Source of the DNA: a virus
Taxonomy: Duplodnaviria > Caudoviricetes
Reading direction: 5' to 3' (one strand)
IMG/VR virus record: IMGVR_UViG_3300044472_000032
Location: 1 to 63,511 of that record
DNA: 63,511 bases
Shown here: positions 38,245 to 47,144 of the stretch, piece after piece
Layout: each line of letters opens with the position of its first letter
Position numbering within the stretch: the first letter of the stretch is position 1
The notes under the pieces: generated by a model
The model's input: only the letters and a program-made list of their open reading frames with translations
What the model was told of the DNA's origin: nothing
The model's database searches: none
Program-made: the position numbers and the translations under genes

Positions 38245-39189
38245 GTGGCGATCAGCAGTATGACGCTCTGGGAAATGAGCAAAATGTTCAAGGATCCTCT
38301 CTCGCAAGGGCTAACGAAGTTTTTCGCAAGCTCTTCCGATTTGTACAACTATCTGAAATTCAACGACATCCAGGGCCAGGGTGAATCCACCTCGCTCGAA
38401 GTTGGCCTAGGCGATGTCGGATTTCGCGGCATCAATGAAGGCTACCCAGCGAACATGGGCTCGGAAGAGCCGAGCAACTGGCCGCTGTTCATTGCCGGCG
38501 GCAGGCTTGCTGTTGATCGTTTTTTCATCAAGACTCGCGGTCAACAGTGGATCAATCGAAAGATCGCGGCACGCACCAAAGCGGCCGGGCTCAAGATGGC
38601 CAGTACTTTCTTCCTCGGCAACAACTCCACCAATCGCAAAACTCCGAATGGCCTGAAGACGCTTTGCGTTGGTGATCAAAAAATTTCTGCTGGCTCTACT
38701 AGCGGCGGCGACGCGCTTTCCCTGAGCCTGCTCGATGACGCTATCGCGCAGGTGGAAGGTGAGACTCGAGTTATTTTTACCAACGCCAGTATGCAGGCAA
38801 AGGTGAACTCCGCGAGTCGCAATCCGACTATTGGCGGTAACATCAATTTCCAGCCGCAGGAATTTGGCGAGCGGATTCCGTTCTACGGCGGTATTCCGAT
38901 TGTCACGATTCGGCGCGACAACACCAATACTGAGATCCTGGCTTTTGACGAGGCCGGTGCGGGTGGCGGCAGCGCCGTTACGTGTTCAATCTATGTGGTC
39001 GGTTTTGGCCCTTCTGAGGATACTGGCATCTATGGTATCCAGAATTCCGCGCCAGTGTATTACGACGTCATGTCCGCCAGTCCACATGTTGGCAAAGAAA
39101 TGGAATGGATCGTAAATCCAGTGGTGCGCGCTAACCCTCGCTACTGCGTGCGTATTTACGGTATCAAAAACGCTGCCATCGTCGCCTAG
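38245..39189 (+). CDS. Major capsid protein
   Basis: 314 aa; FRGINEGY, GG.L.VDR, LLDDAIAQV motifs; position. Confidence 0.85.
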   Translation: MAISSMTLWEMSKMFKDPLSQGLTKFFASSSDLYNYLKFNDIQGQGESTSLEVGLGDVGFRGINEGYPANMGSEEPSNWPLFIAGGRLAVDRFFIKTRGQQWINRKIAARTKAAGLKMASTFFLGNNSTNRKTPNGLKTLCVGDQKISAGSTSGGDALSLSLLDDAIAQVEGETRVIFTNASMQAKVNSASRNPTIGGNINFQPQEFGERIPFYGGIPIVTIRRDNTNTEILAFDEAGAGGGSAVTCSIYVVGFGPSEDTGIYGIQNSAPVYYDVMSASPHVGKEMEWIVNPVVRANPRYCVRIYGIKNAAIVA

Positions 39190-39229
39190 TTTTCGGCTTT
39201 GCCTAATATTCGACACAAAGGAGATTGCC

Positions 39230-39670
39230 ATGCTTTATCCCGGCCCGCCGGACATGGATCTACAATTCAAGAAAAGCGCCGTTAATGGTCCCTGGACCGC
39301 GACGGCATCGGAAAATACTGACACTTTTGACCTCGGTAGCACCGCTCATTGGATGGGCTATCTGATCGTCGATATTGATGCTCTTACTGTGGCTGACACT
39401 GACGAGACGTACAATCTCCAGATCCGCGGCGCGGACAACACGGGATTCACCACCAACGTCCAGGTCCTTGGTTCTTGGCCGCTTGGCACAGGGGCTATCA
39501 CTGGCGACTATGACACCACGGCGGGCCTGTACAAGTTCCCGTTTGCGAATTTTCTCGGCCCGGAAGGCGATACGAAAGCCGCGAAACAGTATCTCCGCGT
39601 CTATGTCGTTCACGCCGGCACCACCACCTCCTTGACCTGGAGTGCCGAGCTGGCACATTTCCCGGTTTAG
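39230..39670 (+). CDS. Capsid cement/decoration protein
   Basis: Beta-rich jelly-roll-like pattern (DLG...YLRVY) right after the capsid gene. Confidence 0.6.
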   Translation: MLYPGPPDMDLQFKKSAVNGPWTATASENTDTFDLGSTAHWMGYLIVDIDALTVADTDETYNLQIRGADNTGFTTNVQVLGSWPLGTGAITGDYDTTAGLYKFPFANFLGPEGDTKAAKQYLRVYVVHAGTTTSLTWSAELAHFPV

Positions 39671-39687
39671 TTAAAGAAAGGTAAAAA

Positions 39688-40146
39688 ATGTCTCAGCTAC
39701 AAAGGAACCAGCTCAGCACTACTGAGCTCGTTACGGTTTACGCCGCGCGGGATCTTCGCGACCCGGCCGGAGTTGGCCACAATATAGGGCATGCTCACAA
39801 AACGCGTTTCGACAATGCCAAGCTGTTGGTTCGCAGCGGTGATTACCAGTGGGAACCGCCCGAGGTGTCGACGAAATCTGTGCATCGGGAAGCCGACGGG
39901 GCTGCAAGGTCTGAATATCAGTTGTCGGATCTGGGCTTCCCGAAGAAACTGGCCAAAACGCTGGAAGGTGCCGGGCTTGTAAATAAGCGATTGCTCCTGT
40001 CGCGGACTGCCGCGGATGTCGCGCGGCAGTCCGGAATCGGCGTTGACGTGGCCGAAGCTGTCTTGCAAAAAGCGTTAGAAACTTGGGGCCCGCTCAAGCC
40101 TGAGGACGATCTCGACATGACGCCGGCTGGCGGTGAAGACGAATGA
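39688..40146 (+). CDS. Hypothetical protein with HhH-like C-terminus
   Basis: LAKTLEGAGL...SGIGVDVAE. Confidence 0.65.
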   Translation: MSQLQRNQLSTTELVTVYAARDLRDPAGVGHNIGHAHKTRFDNAKLLVRSGDYQWEPPEVSTKSVHREADGAARSEYQLSDLGFPKKLAKTLEGAGLVNKRLLLSRTAADVARQSGIGVDVAEAVLQKALETWGPLKPEDDLDMTPAGGEDE

Positions 40147-40619
40147 GTCGAGTAGCGATGCCAACGGTTCAGTGTCTTTCTGGTGATGGAAAAGTGATTA
40201 CTGTGGATTTCCAGGATTTCGACCCTAGAATTCACACTCGACTCGATGCTGAGCGCGTGTCTCTGGTCGACCTCATTCCGGAAATCCTTTGTGTCGAATT
40301 GACGGTTAACGGGATTCGCACTGTCGAGGATCTCGCGCCGCTGGTGGGCGGCGTCAGGGCCAAACACGACGAAGCGCCGGCAGATCGTTACCGGCGCGCG
40401 CTAGAGCTTGGCAAGGTCGGCCGACTGGCCGCAAGGCCGGCAGGCGAGGCGCTGGCGGCCAGTCGGCTGGCGGTCGCCGTGATCGAGCATGCGGTAGGCG
40501 CTCTGCACGCTGCTGGGCGCGCCCACGCGACGCGCGGGGCCCAGGCTGATGTCGTCGTTGATCTGCCGCTCGCGAGCCCGCCAGAGGGCGGCAGCGGGGG
40601 CCAGGAGCCTATCCCGTGA
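40143..40619 (+). CDS. Hypothetical protein
   Basis: Coupled to neighbours on both sides. Confidence 0.6.
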   Translation: MSRVAMPTVQCLSGDGKVITVDFQDFDPRIHTRLDAERVSLVDLIPEILCVELTVNGIRTVEDLAPLVGGVRAKHDEAPADRYRRALELGKVGRLAARPAGEALAASRLAVAVIEHAVGALHAAGRAHATRGAQADVVVDLPLASPPEGGSGGQEPIP

Positions 40620-41419
40620 TCGTAGAGGACGGCACCGGTATTCCGGGAGCAAACGCACTGGCAACGCCCGCACAGGTGGCCGAGCACCTGGCTGGCCGCG
40701 CTACCCTAGTAGCCGGCGCCGTCCTTGCATCTTCTGCAATTGCATTTTCGGTAGGTGGCGCAATTACTGCGCCGTCGTCGCTAACTGGCTTGGTCGCGTC
40801 TCGCATTATCCGCATCAGCGGCGCGGGCGTTACTGGTAATAACGGATGGGCGTACATTAAAACTGTTTCAGCTCCGGTTCTTGGAGTTGTAACTATCGCT
40901 CTGGCGTGGCTCGAAACGGCTACGGAAGCCGCTGGAGCCGTTGTGGGCATTGAGGTATACAACGCTGCGGGCTGGTGGGCGGTAACGCCTCAGGCGCTCG
41001 AAGGCTCGATTGTCGCGGCAACCGAATCACTTTTGCAGCTTGTTTGGATTGGTACGATAAAGTATACCTATCAGACGGTGCCATGGCCGCGCATTTATGC
41101 CTACACATGTAAAGAGGGTCGCCGGCCGCTTGGTGAGCTTATTCCGGAGACGGAAATCCCTGCCGAGGTTATTGAAGCCGTTGCGCGTCTTGCTGTCGAT
41201 CACCTGGTAGCGCCTATCGATGCGACGGTCACCACCCAGCCAGTTGCGGAAGGCCAGCTCAGAAGCAAGCAAATCGGCCCAATCAAGCGCGAGTGGTACG
41301 AGGCGCCGCCCCGTAATAGCAAATATGGCAGGGCCTATCGTCCATGGCTTGCGCCGCTTCTGCGCGGGCTTTATTACGAGGCCGATTCTGGCCCTTCGCG
41401 AAAACTAACTCGAGTTTGA
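40616..41419 (+). CDS. Head-tail adaptor (DnaT-like family) with inserted beta domain
   Basis: IVEDGTG..GAN, Q...WPR, IPAEV..A, IGPI..E. Confidence 0.75.
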   Translation: MIVEDGTGIPGANALATPAQVAEHLAGRATLVAGAVLASSAIAFSVGGAITAPSSLTGLVASRIIRISGAGVTGNNGWAYIKTVSAPVLGVVTIALAWLETATEAAGAVVGIEVYNAAGWWAVTPQALEGSIVAATESLLQLVWIGTIKYTYQTVPWPRIYAYTCKEGRRPLGELIPETEIPAEVIEAVARLAVDHLVAPIDATVTTQPVAEGQLRSKQIGPIKREWYEAPPRNSKYGRAYRPWLAPLLRGLYYEADSGPSRKLTRV

Positions 41420-41434
41420 GAAAAGGAATAGTCA

Positions 41435-41572
41435 ATGAAAAGTATTTGGCATTCGCTGATTTATGAGTTTGGGTGGCTGCTGGTGTCGATTGGTTTGCGC
41501 TCCGCTGGCGCCGGCATCCTTGGCCGCTTTGGCGTAATTATTCCAGAGCATCCTGAATATTGGAGTTTCTAG
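41435..41572 (+). CDS. Small hydrophobic protein (not in ORF track)
   Basis: 45 aa MKSIWHSLIYEFGWLLVSIGL...; SD AAGGA. Confidence 0.45.
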   Translation: MKSIWHSLIYEFGWLLVSIGLRSAGAGILGRFGVIIPEHPEYWSF

Positions 41573-41575
41573 CCC

Positions 41576-42049
41576 GTGGCTAACGCTGCTGAAATCGAAA
41601 TCGAGCGCGCGGAAGTCGCTGCCGATCTCGCCGAAGATGGCGCGGTCGGCATTCTGCGTTACGACAAATCGTTTCTGCTTTCAGGGTCTATTGATCCGCC
41701 GCCACCCGATTATGTGCAGCAGGTAGTTTACGCGCTAATTGTTTCAAATTCGCAGCGCCAGGAGTCTGGCGAGTTGCTGCCGCGCAGGCTGCGCGTGCTT
41801 ATTGCAGATGAGCATCTCGGCGGCCTGCAGGAGTTAGCTGGCTTGGTAGAGGGCGCAGACCCAGGAAATACTGGTTACGAGATTTTTATCGATCCAACTA
41901 TCCAGCCCGATCAGATTCCATCTGTAGACTCCGCCACGGTTGTCAGGTATCGAGTTTTGGCACTGTCCGAAACGGTCAGGATGGGCAATAAAGCGATCTT
42001 GCATTATTTCGATATCGTTAATTCATCCGCCGTCGTTGCGAGTCCATAG
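41576..42049 (+). CDS. Putative head closure protein
   Basis: Position and size. Confidence 0.5.
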   Translation: MANAAEIEIERAEVAADLAEDGAVGILRYDKSFLLSGSIDPPPPDYVQQVVYALIVSNSQRQESGELLPRRLRVLIADEHLGGLQELAGLVEGADPGNTGYEIFIDPTIQPDQIPSVDSATVVRYRVLALSETVRMGNKAILHYFDIVNSSAVVASP

Positions 42050-42051
42050 CT

Positions 42052-42603
42052 GTGGCCGTTTCAAATCTTGCAACGTGGGAACTCGAAGTAGAGCGAGATG
42101 CGCAAGCCGTCGGCGGAATAGGCAGGCTCATAGCGCTTCGACAGGCTTTTGTATTCCTCACCCTTGGCGCTGCAATTGAAGTCCCTGGAGGCGGGTTTAG
42201 GAGGCTTTCCGGGGTGATCCTGCTGACGCCTGTCGATACCGGGCGGGCGCGTGCCAGCTGGGATGTTTATGTGGCAGACGAGCCGCGCGCTAGCGCTGGC
42301 GCAGGTGGACAGACGGCGGCTTTTACTGTCGCGCAAAGCGCGCTTTCTTCCGCTGGTATATATAAAGCAATTTGGATCACCTCGAACCTGCCATATATTG
42401 AAGTGCTCGAGTATGGTGGATATCCGGATCCGGTTGCTCGCGGCTCTTTTGTAAATGGCAAATGGGTTATTAAGAGCGTCGGCGGGTTCTCAAGACAGGC
42501 GCCGCAGGGCATGGTTAGAATTACCGTTCAGCAAGTTGTTAACATATTCCGCGAGATGGGCTTAAAACAAAGCGGCAGGGGTGGCTTGAATGGCCCTGCC
42601 TGA
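42052..42603 (+). CDS. Neck/tail completion protein (HK97 gp10-like)
   Basis: TPVDTGRARASW, NLPYIEVLEYG, SRQAPQGMV. Confidence 0.8.
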   Translation: MAVSNLATWELEVERDAQAVGGIGRLIALRQAFVFLTLGAAIEVPGGGFRRLSGVILLTPVDTGRARASWDVYVADEPRASAGAGGQTAAFTVAQSALSSAGIYKAIWITSNLPYIEVLEYGGYPDPVARGSFVNGKWVIKSVGGFSRQAPQGMVRITVQQVVNIFREMGLKQSGRGGLNGPA

Positions 42604-43051
42604 TGCTTTCTACGCTCAGCTTGAAAGTATGCTGCCGACGTGGCTTTCCGGCAGAACGGTTATCGACCGCGGATCGCCTATTGTTTTTCCGCAGTGGATA
42701 CCGCCGCAGGGTAATGCGCCCAGCTCCGATGCTTATTTTCTGATGGATATACTGGAGGCGGGTGAGCAGCCGCAAGGGAGCTACAACAATCGCCGCATCA
42801 TGGCCATGGGGATTTTGCAGATAACGGCAGTTGTGCCAAAGTCCAGGGGTATTGGTTTGGCGCTGCGAATGATGGAGCAGCTCAGGCCGAAGCTCAGAGA
42901 TGGCTCCACAAATTTAACTGATCAAATATCTAGCAGCGTTGCTGGCATGCGCATTCAGGTACCCAGCAATGGGCGGCAGGCATTCGGACTCGCGGACGGG
43001 TGGACTGGCTGGCAAGTGGACTGCACGATATTTTATGACTATGCACCGTAA
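42590..43051 (+). CDS. Putative tail terminator
   Basis: GILQI..VP...G motif; upstream of the tail tube gene. Confidence 0.6.
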   Translation: MALPDAFYAQLESMLPTWLSGRTVIDRGSPIVFPQWIPPQGNAPSSDAYFLMDILEAGEQPQGSYNNRRIMAMGILQITAVVPKSRGIGLALRMMEQLRPKLRDGSTNLTDQISSSVAGMRIQVPSNGRQAFGLADGWTGWQVDCTIFYDYAP

Positions 43052-43090
43052 AAGTAAAAAAGACACATGAGAGAAAAGAAGGAGTAAGCC

Positions 43091-44308
43091 ATGGCGTTTC
43101 ACGATCTAACGACTTTCGCTCTTTTGAAGAAAAGGGAAACCACCTGGGGCGAAGTTGAAGCCAGCGGCGGTCCACGGTTGCTGACGCTGGTTACCGAAGG
43201 GCTCAAGGGTAAGCCCGAAATGGCGCAAAGCAAAAGCTCGCGCAGCGATCGCCGTAGCGGTCCGTCGAAGCGCGTCAAGCTCAGCGGCGAGGGACCTATC
43301 GTTGTCGAGCTACTCCCGGGCGCTGCGCAGACTACTGAGTTTTTGGAGGAGGCGCATTCGCAAGCTTTTACGCGTACGAACTTGACCGCCACGGATATCA
43401 GTTTTGCGAGCGGCGATAACTCGATAAATTCTGCGGCCGCTGCCTTCGGTTCATTTGTTGCCGGATCGTGGATCACCATTCGCGGCGCTGGCACGGCTGG
43501 AAACAATACCGATGGAGTGAGCCCGCGCAACTGGGCGGCTTACGTGGTGTCGGCCACCGCTTCCAAGATCGTCCTGGCTTATATCACCGTCACGACCGAG
43601 ACGGCGGGCGCAACGGTCAAGCTCGATGGGTATTACGCTCGCGATGGACAAACCGTAATTTCGTCTTCTTACGAGCGGCGCATGGGCGCAGCTGGCTCGT
43701 ATGAGTTTCAGCCTTATCTCGGGCAGGTGGTCAATTCAGTAGCGATCGATTATCCGGCGAATGCGATTCCTACCATGACGGTTAATACGACCGGGCTTGG
43801 CCCGGGAGCGAAAAGTGCAACTTCGATTTTTGATGGCGAAGCGATCACCGCTGGCCCGATCCCGACTGAAGGCACGGTGGCCGACACGTCGAACAATTTG
43901 AAACTGTTTCGACTGAACGGCGCACTATCTTCGATCATGAAGATGTTCAAGATCGACGCTGCGCAAAACAATGCCTATGTGAACGTTTCGCAGCAGCTTG
44001 GACCGCTTGGTATTTCTCTCGGCACTCACAAGGTGTCAGGTTCGTTTACTGGAATTTTGCAGCCGTCCGATGCGGTATCGCTACTGGCGTATAACCGGAC
44101 AGCTCACGCGATCCATTTCGCGATCGATTGCCCGGATGCCACGGAAGTGATTTACACGTCTATTTTTTCGCTCACGTTTGACGAAATGGGAGACGTGGCG
44201 AAAACCGCGGACACTGGACCGGCAGAGTACACGTTTGCGTGGACGGCGCAGGTGGATCCGACGATCGGCTGCTACTGGCAGACGTCCAGGATCCCGAAGA
44301 CCGTCTAG
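43091..44308 (+). CDS. Major tail tube protein
   Basis: ETTWGE N-terminus; 405 aa; followed by a terminator. Confidence 0.8.
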   Translation: MAFHDLTTFALLKKRETTWGEVEASGGPRLLTLVTEGLKGKPEMAQSKSSRSDRRSGPSKRVKLSGEGPIVVELLPGAAQTTEFLEEAHSQAFTRTNLTATDISFASGDNSINSAAAAFGSFVAGSWITIRGAGTAGNNTDGVSPRNWAAYVVSATASKIVLAYITVTTETAGATVKLDGYYARDGQTVISSSYERRMGAAGSYEFQPYLGQVVNSVAIDYPANAIPTMTVNTTGLGPGAKSATSIFDGEAITAGPIPTEGTVADTSNNLKLFRLNGALSSIMKMFKIDAAQNNAYVNVSQQLGPLGISLGTHKVSGSFTGILQPSDAVSLLAYNRTAHAIHFAIDCPDATEVIYTSIFSLTFDEMGDVAKTADTGPAEYTFAWTAQVDPTIGCYWQTSRIPKTV

Positions 44309-44349
44309 GCGTGGGTCGACAGCGGCATACCGCGCAAGCGGGGTTACCA

Positions 44350-44388
44350 AGCAAGGGCCGGTCTAACAAGCCGGCCCTTGCTGTTTTT
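44350..44388 (+). terminator. Intrinsic terminator
   Basis: 12-bp inverted repeat agcaagggccgg followed by TTTTT. Confidence 0.8.
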
Positions 44389-44399
44389 GAGATTAGGGA

Positions 44400-44428
44400 T
44401 TGACAGTTGACAGTGTGCTATGTAGTGT
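44400..44428 (+). promoter_or_regulatory. sigma70-type promoter of an inserted island
   Basis: TTGACA-17 nt-TAGTGT. Confidence 0.6.
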
Positions 44429-44437
44429 CGGGCATCG

Positions 44438-44785
44438 GTGGCGGCAATGGAGCCGCTGCCGGGGTGGCCGCAGGTGGGCCGCGAGGAGATTGCGATGGCG
44501 ATGAGGTTGATTGATGATCGCCGCTGGCAGCCGCTGGCGGTTAAGGGCAATCCACAGCCGTCGGAGGACGAGACCTTCATGGCGTGGATTCGCTCAGAGT
44601 TTGATGGATTCCGATTCCTCCTTCGCACTGCCGAGATTCGACGCGACGTAGCGGGGGCGGTCTATATTCAGAATCCACTGAACAATACTGCAAAGTTTGA
44701 ATGGTTGCCGTTCTTGGAGGGTGATCGCCCGGGCGTGCAAGGGGCGCGGAGGCCGCCGGCCAGGCCGAGGAGGCCGAGGAAGTGA
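44438..44785 (+). CDS. Hypothetical protein
   Basis: 115 aa downstream of the promoter. Confidence 0.55.
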   Translation: MAAMEPLPGWPQVGREEIAMAMRLIDDRRWQPLAVKGNPQPSEDETFMAWIRSEFDGFRFLLRTAEIRRDVAGAVYIQNPLNNTAKFEWLPFLEGDRPGVQGARRPPARPRRPRK

Positions 44786-44932
44786 TACCGCCGGAGTGTG
44801 GCGGATCTGCCCGGCAGGCCGAAATTGACCGCCTGTCCGAGGCCGCCAGCTATAGAGTTCCTGACACCAGGGCGATACGTGATGTGCGCGATACGGAAGG
44901 GTCGAAGGTAATTGGCCCCGGGCAGGACTGAC

Positions 44933-45313
44933 ATGGCAAATCTACCAACTGTTCCAAATTGGATGGTTGAAGCGCCAGCCGCCTACCGCGACAAGCTTTC
45001 GAAGATGTCCGACAGGGAGCTTGATCGTGTCGCTCATCGCACTAGTGATTTTTGGAATCAATGCTTTTCCGAAACTGAAGACGCGCGGCACGCGCTCAAT
45101 CTTCTGGAAAGGCGGGCAACTAAGGCGCGTCATCGAATGCTGGCGGCTAGCGAGGAGCAGGCGCGGCGAAAGGAACGCAAAGTTTATGATGAAACGGGCG
45201 TGAAAGAAGCCAGGGCCGCAGAAGCGGCAAGATTATCGATTTTAGAGGCAGATAAAGCGTGGTATCGAAAACGTCGCGAAAAGCGCGGCATCAGTGGCCG
45301 AGAAGTCAAATGA
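44933..45313 (+). CDS. Hypothetical coiled-coil protein
   Basis: SD AGGA before ATG44933. Confidence 0.6.
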   Translation: MANLPTVPNWMVEAPAAYRDKLSKMSDRELDRVAHRTSDFWNQCFSETEDARHALNLLERRATKARHRMLAASEEQARRKERKVYDETGVKEARAAEAARLSILEADKAWYRKRREKRGISGREVK

Positions 45314-45669
45314 ATAGGAAAAGCCGAATCGCAAGGAATCTACTGCCGCGGCGGGCTGCATGGCTGGAGCGAAATTGGCAACTTTGCGGGTTTCGTGAAA
45401 CATTGCGTCAATATCGCAATAACGCGATAGATTGCGCAACGATAGGCTTGGCCCGTGGACAAGCGGGGCCCGCCTGCACCCTGAGTGAGTTTATGCGTCG
45501 CGATTCGGTGAGAAAAGATCGCCTTAGATTCTGGCTTGATGCATTTTTTGAACGCAGGGGTCGCGGCGGCTGGAGTCCGTGGCTTGTGAAGGAAGATCAT
45601 GCGACGTGGGAGGCGGAGCACAATCGCAAGTTATTGGAGTTTCTCTCGCAACGCTGGCCGCCTGGGTAA
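45310..45669 (+). CDS. Hypothetical protein
   Basis: ATGA overlap. Confidence 0.55.
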   Translation: MNRKSRIARNLLPRRAAWLERNWQLCGFRETLRQYRNNAIDCATIGLARGQAGPACTLSEFMRRDSVRKDRLRFWLDAFFERRGRGGWSPWLVKEDHATWEAEHNRKLLEFLSQRWPPG

Positions 45670-45699
45670 TTTTTAGATATCCTCCAGGGCTGATAAAGT

Positions 45700-45745
45700 A
45701 AAGGGGCTTGATCTGGCGCAAATGCGCTTGGATCAAGCCCCTTTT
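45700..45745 (+). terminator. Terminator closing the island
   Basis: aaaggggcttgatc/gatcaagccccttt inverted repeat. Confidence 0.7.
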
Positions 45746-45791
45746 GGCATTTTTACCAGGGGCCGAAAACCAAAACAGGAGGATTTGAAAA

Positions 45792-46436
45792 GTGAGCGAG
45801 CAAGATTTTCTGGAACTTGTTGAAGATGGCGACAGTGATGACGTCGCCGAGGTTGTTCTGCGGCCTGATGAAGACGCCGAGGAAAGGCTTCCCGAAGCCT
45901 CCGTTACGAGCGCGGACGACGAACCGAAAGAATCCCTCGATGCGCTCTACATTTCGGCCAGGTCTGGCACGGAGCGATGGGTACAATGGCCAGGCATGCG
46001 CACGGGTTGCGAGGCCCTCATCCGCCCCATGGAGGGTAACAGCCTGTGGGATAAGCTATGGGCTAGTTTCCACGAAAAGTACGGTAACAAAAACGCCACG
46101 AAGGCGAAGAAGATGGCGTCCGATTTGATCCGCTGGGCCTCCCCGCGAATCTACGCGCAAACTATTTTCGCTGGCATTCGCGGCCCGTGGGCGGTAGGCA
46201 GTCCCGTCAAAACCGGCATCAGTGTTTTGACCATGAGGCAGGGAGAAAAACGCCCGACTCGCCAGGACAAAACCATCATCTTTGAGATTGACGCTACTGG
46301 ATATCTGTGCAACACGGAAGCGAACCGAATTTCCATGATGCAAGTTTGGCCGAAGATTGCCGATGTAGCTCTCGAGCTCGCCAGCGACAGCGAGCTGTTT
46401 AACATTGAAGCCAGCGAGGATATCGCAAAAAACTAA
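45792..46436 (+). CDS. Tail assembly chaperone (G)
   Basis: Between tube and tape measure; ends in slippery A AAA AAC TAA. Confidence 0.75.
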   Translation: MSEQDFLELVEDGDSDDVAEVVLRPDEDAEERLPEASVTSADDEPKESLDALYISARSGTERWVQWPGMRTGCEALIRPMEGNSLWDKLWASFHEKYGNKNATKAKKMASDLIRWASPRIYAQTIFAGIRGPWAVGSPVKTGISVLTMRQGEKRPTRQDKTIIFEIDATGYLCNTEANRISMMQVWPKIADVALELASDSELFNIEASEDIAKN

Positions 46437-46807
46437 CCGAATTCCTGGACTGGTGGCACAAGATCGGGCCCGAGCAGGCGGCCGCGCTGCGAGAGAAAGA
46501 GGACGAAATCGCCGAGATGGGGTGGCATAACCCGCTAGACGATGCACCGGAATTATCTCCCGCGGCGCAGGCCGCTTACGGCGCGTATGCCTGGCTGGTA
46601 GGCTGGTGCGACGCACAAGGCTCGACCTCGGTTCAGGATTTGCAGATTTACTTTTCCGAAGGATACCCGGGCCATATTCTTTCGGATAGCATGCGCCAGG
46701 TTGTTATCGAGCATGTTCCGATGGTAATTGCAAGCGAGCGCAAATACCATTACGAGAAGATCAAAAAAGAAATGGAAGAGGCGCGGCGAGGCATTAAGCG
46801 TCATTAG
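46427..46807 (+). CDS. Tail assembly chaperone -1 frameshift extension (GT)
   Basis: The -1 frame from 46433 is open (LTEFLDWWHK...) and continuous with ORF 46517-46807. Confidence 0.8.
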   Translation, partial: KKLTEFLDWWHKIGPEQAAALREKEDEIAEMGWHNPLDDAPELSPAAQAAYGAYAWLVGWCDAQGSTSVQDLQIYFSEGYPGHILSDSMRQVVIEHVPMVIASERKYHYEKIKKEMEEARRGIKRH

Positions 46808-46826
46808 TTAGAAAGCGAGCTGGATA

Positions 46827-47090
46827 GTGAGCGATGAGCTTCCTGCGCGTATCGAAAGACGAATGCCAATTCAGCGTTGCGGATTTTCCCTTCCCGAGGA
46901 TCTTGGGCTTGAGATTTACGAGGCATGCGCCCGCCAGTATGGACGTCAGCAAAGTTACGAGCGAATGGTCGAGCGCGGCGGATTCGGCCTCTTCGAATGT
47001 ATTCTAGTTCGTTATGGAATCGGGCCATCTCATCCCGACTTTCAATGGCGAATGGAGCGCTTCCTTGTTCGCGCGCTCGCGCATCATTAG
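46827..47090 (+). CDS. Hypothetical protein
   Basis: QSYERMVERGGFG motif seen in small phage proteins. Confidence 0.55.
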   Translation: MSDELPARIERRMPIQRCGFSLPEDLGLEIYEACARQYGRQQSYERMVERGGFGLFECILVRYGIGPSHPDFQWRMERFLVRALAHH

Positions 47091-47144
47091 AGTCTCTATT
47101 TAATAAACTGCGCGCAGGGGACCAGGCCAACGAGGAAACAACTC

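Noticed and set aside
37350-38348. 332-aa minus-strand ORF, and similar antisense ORFs over the tape measure
   Set aside because: Shadows of high-GC structural genes with no motifs
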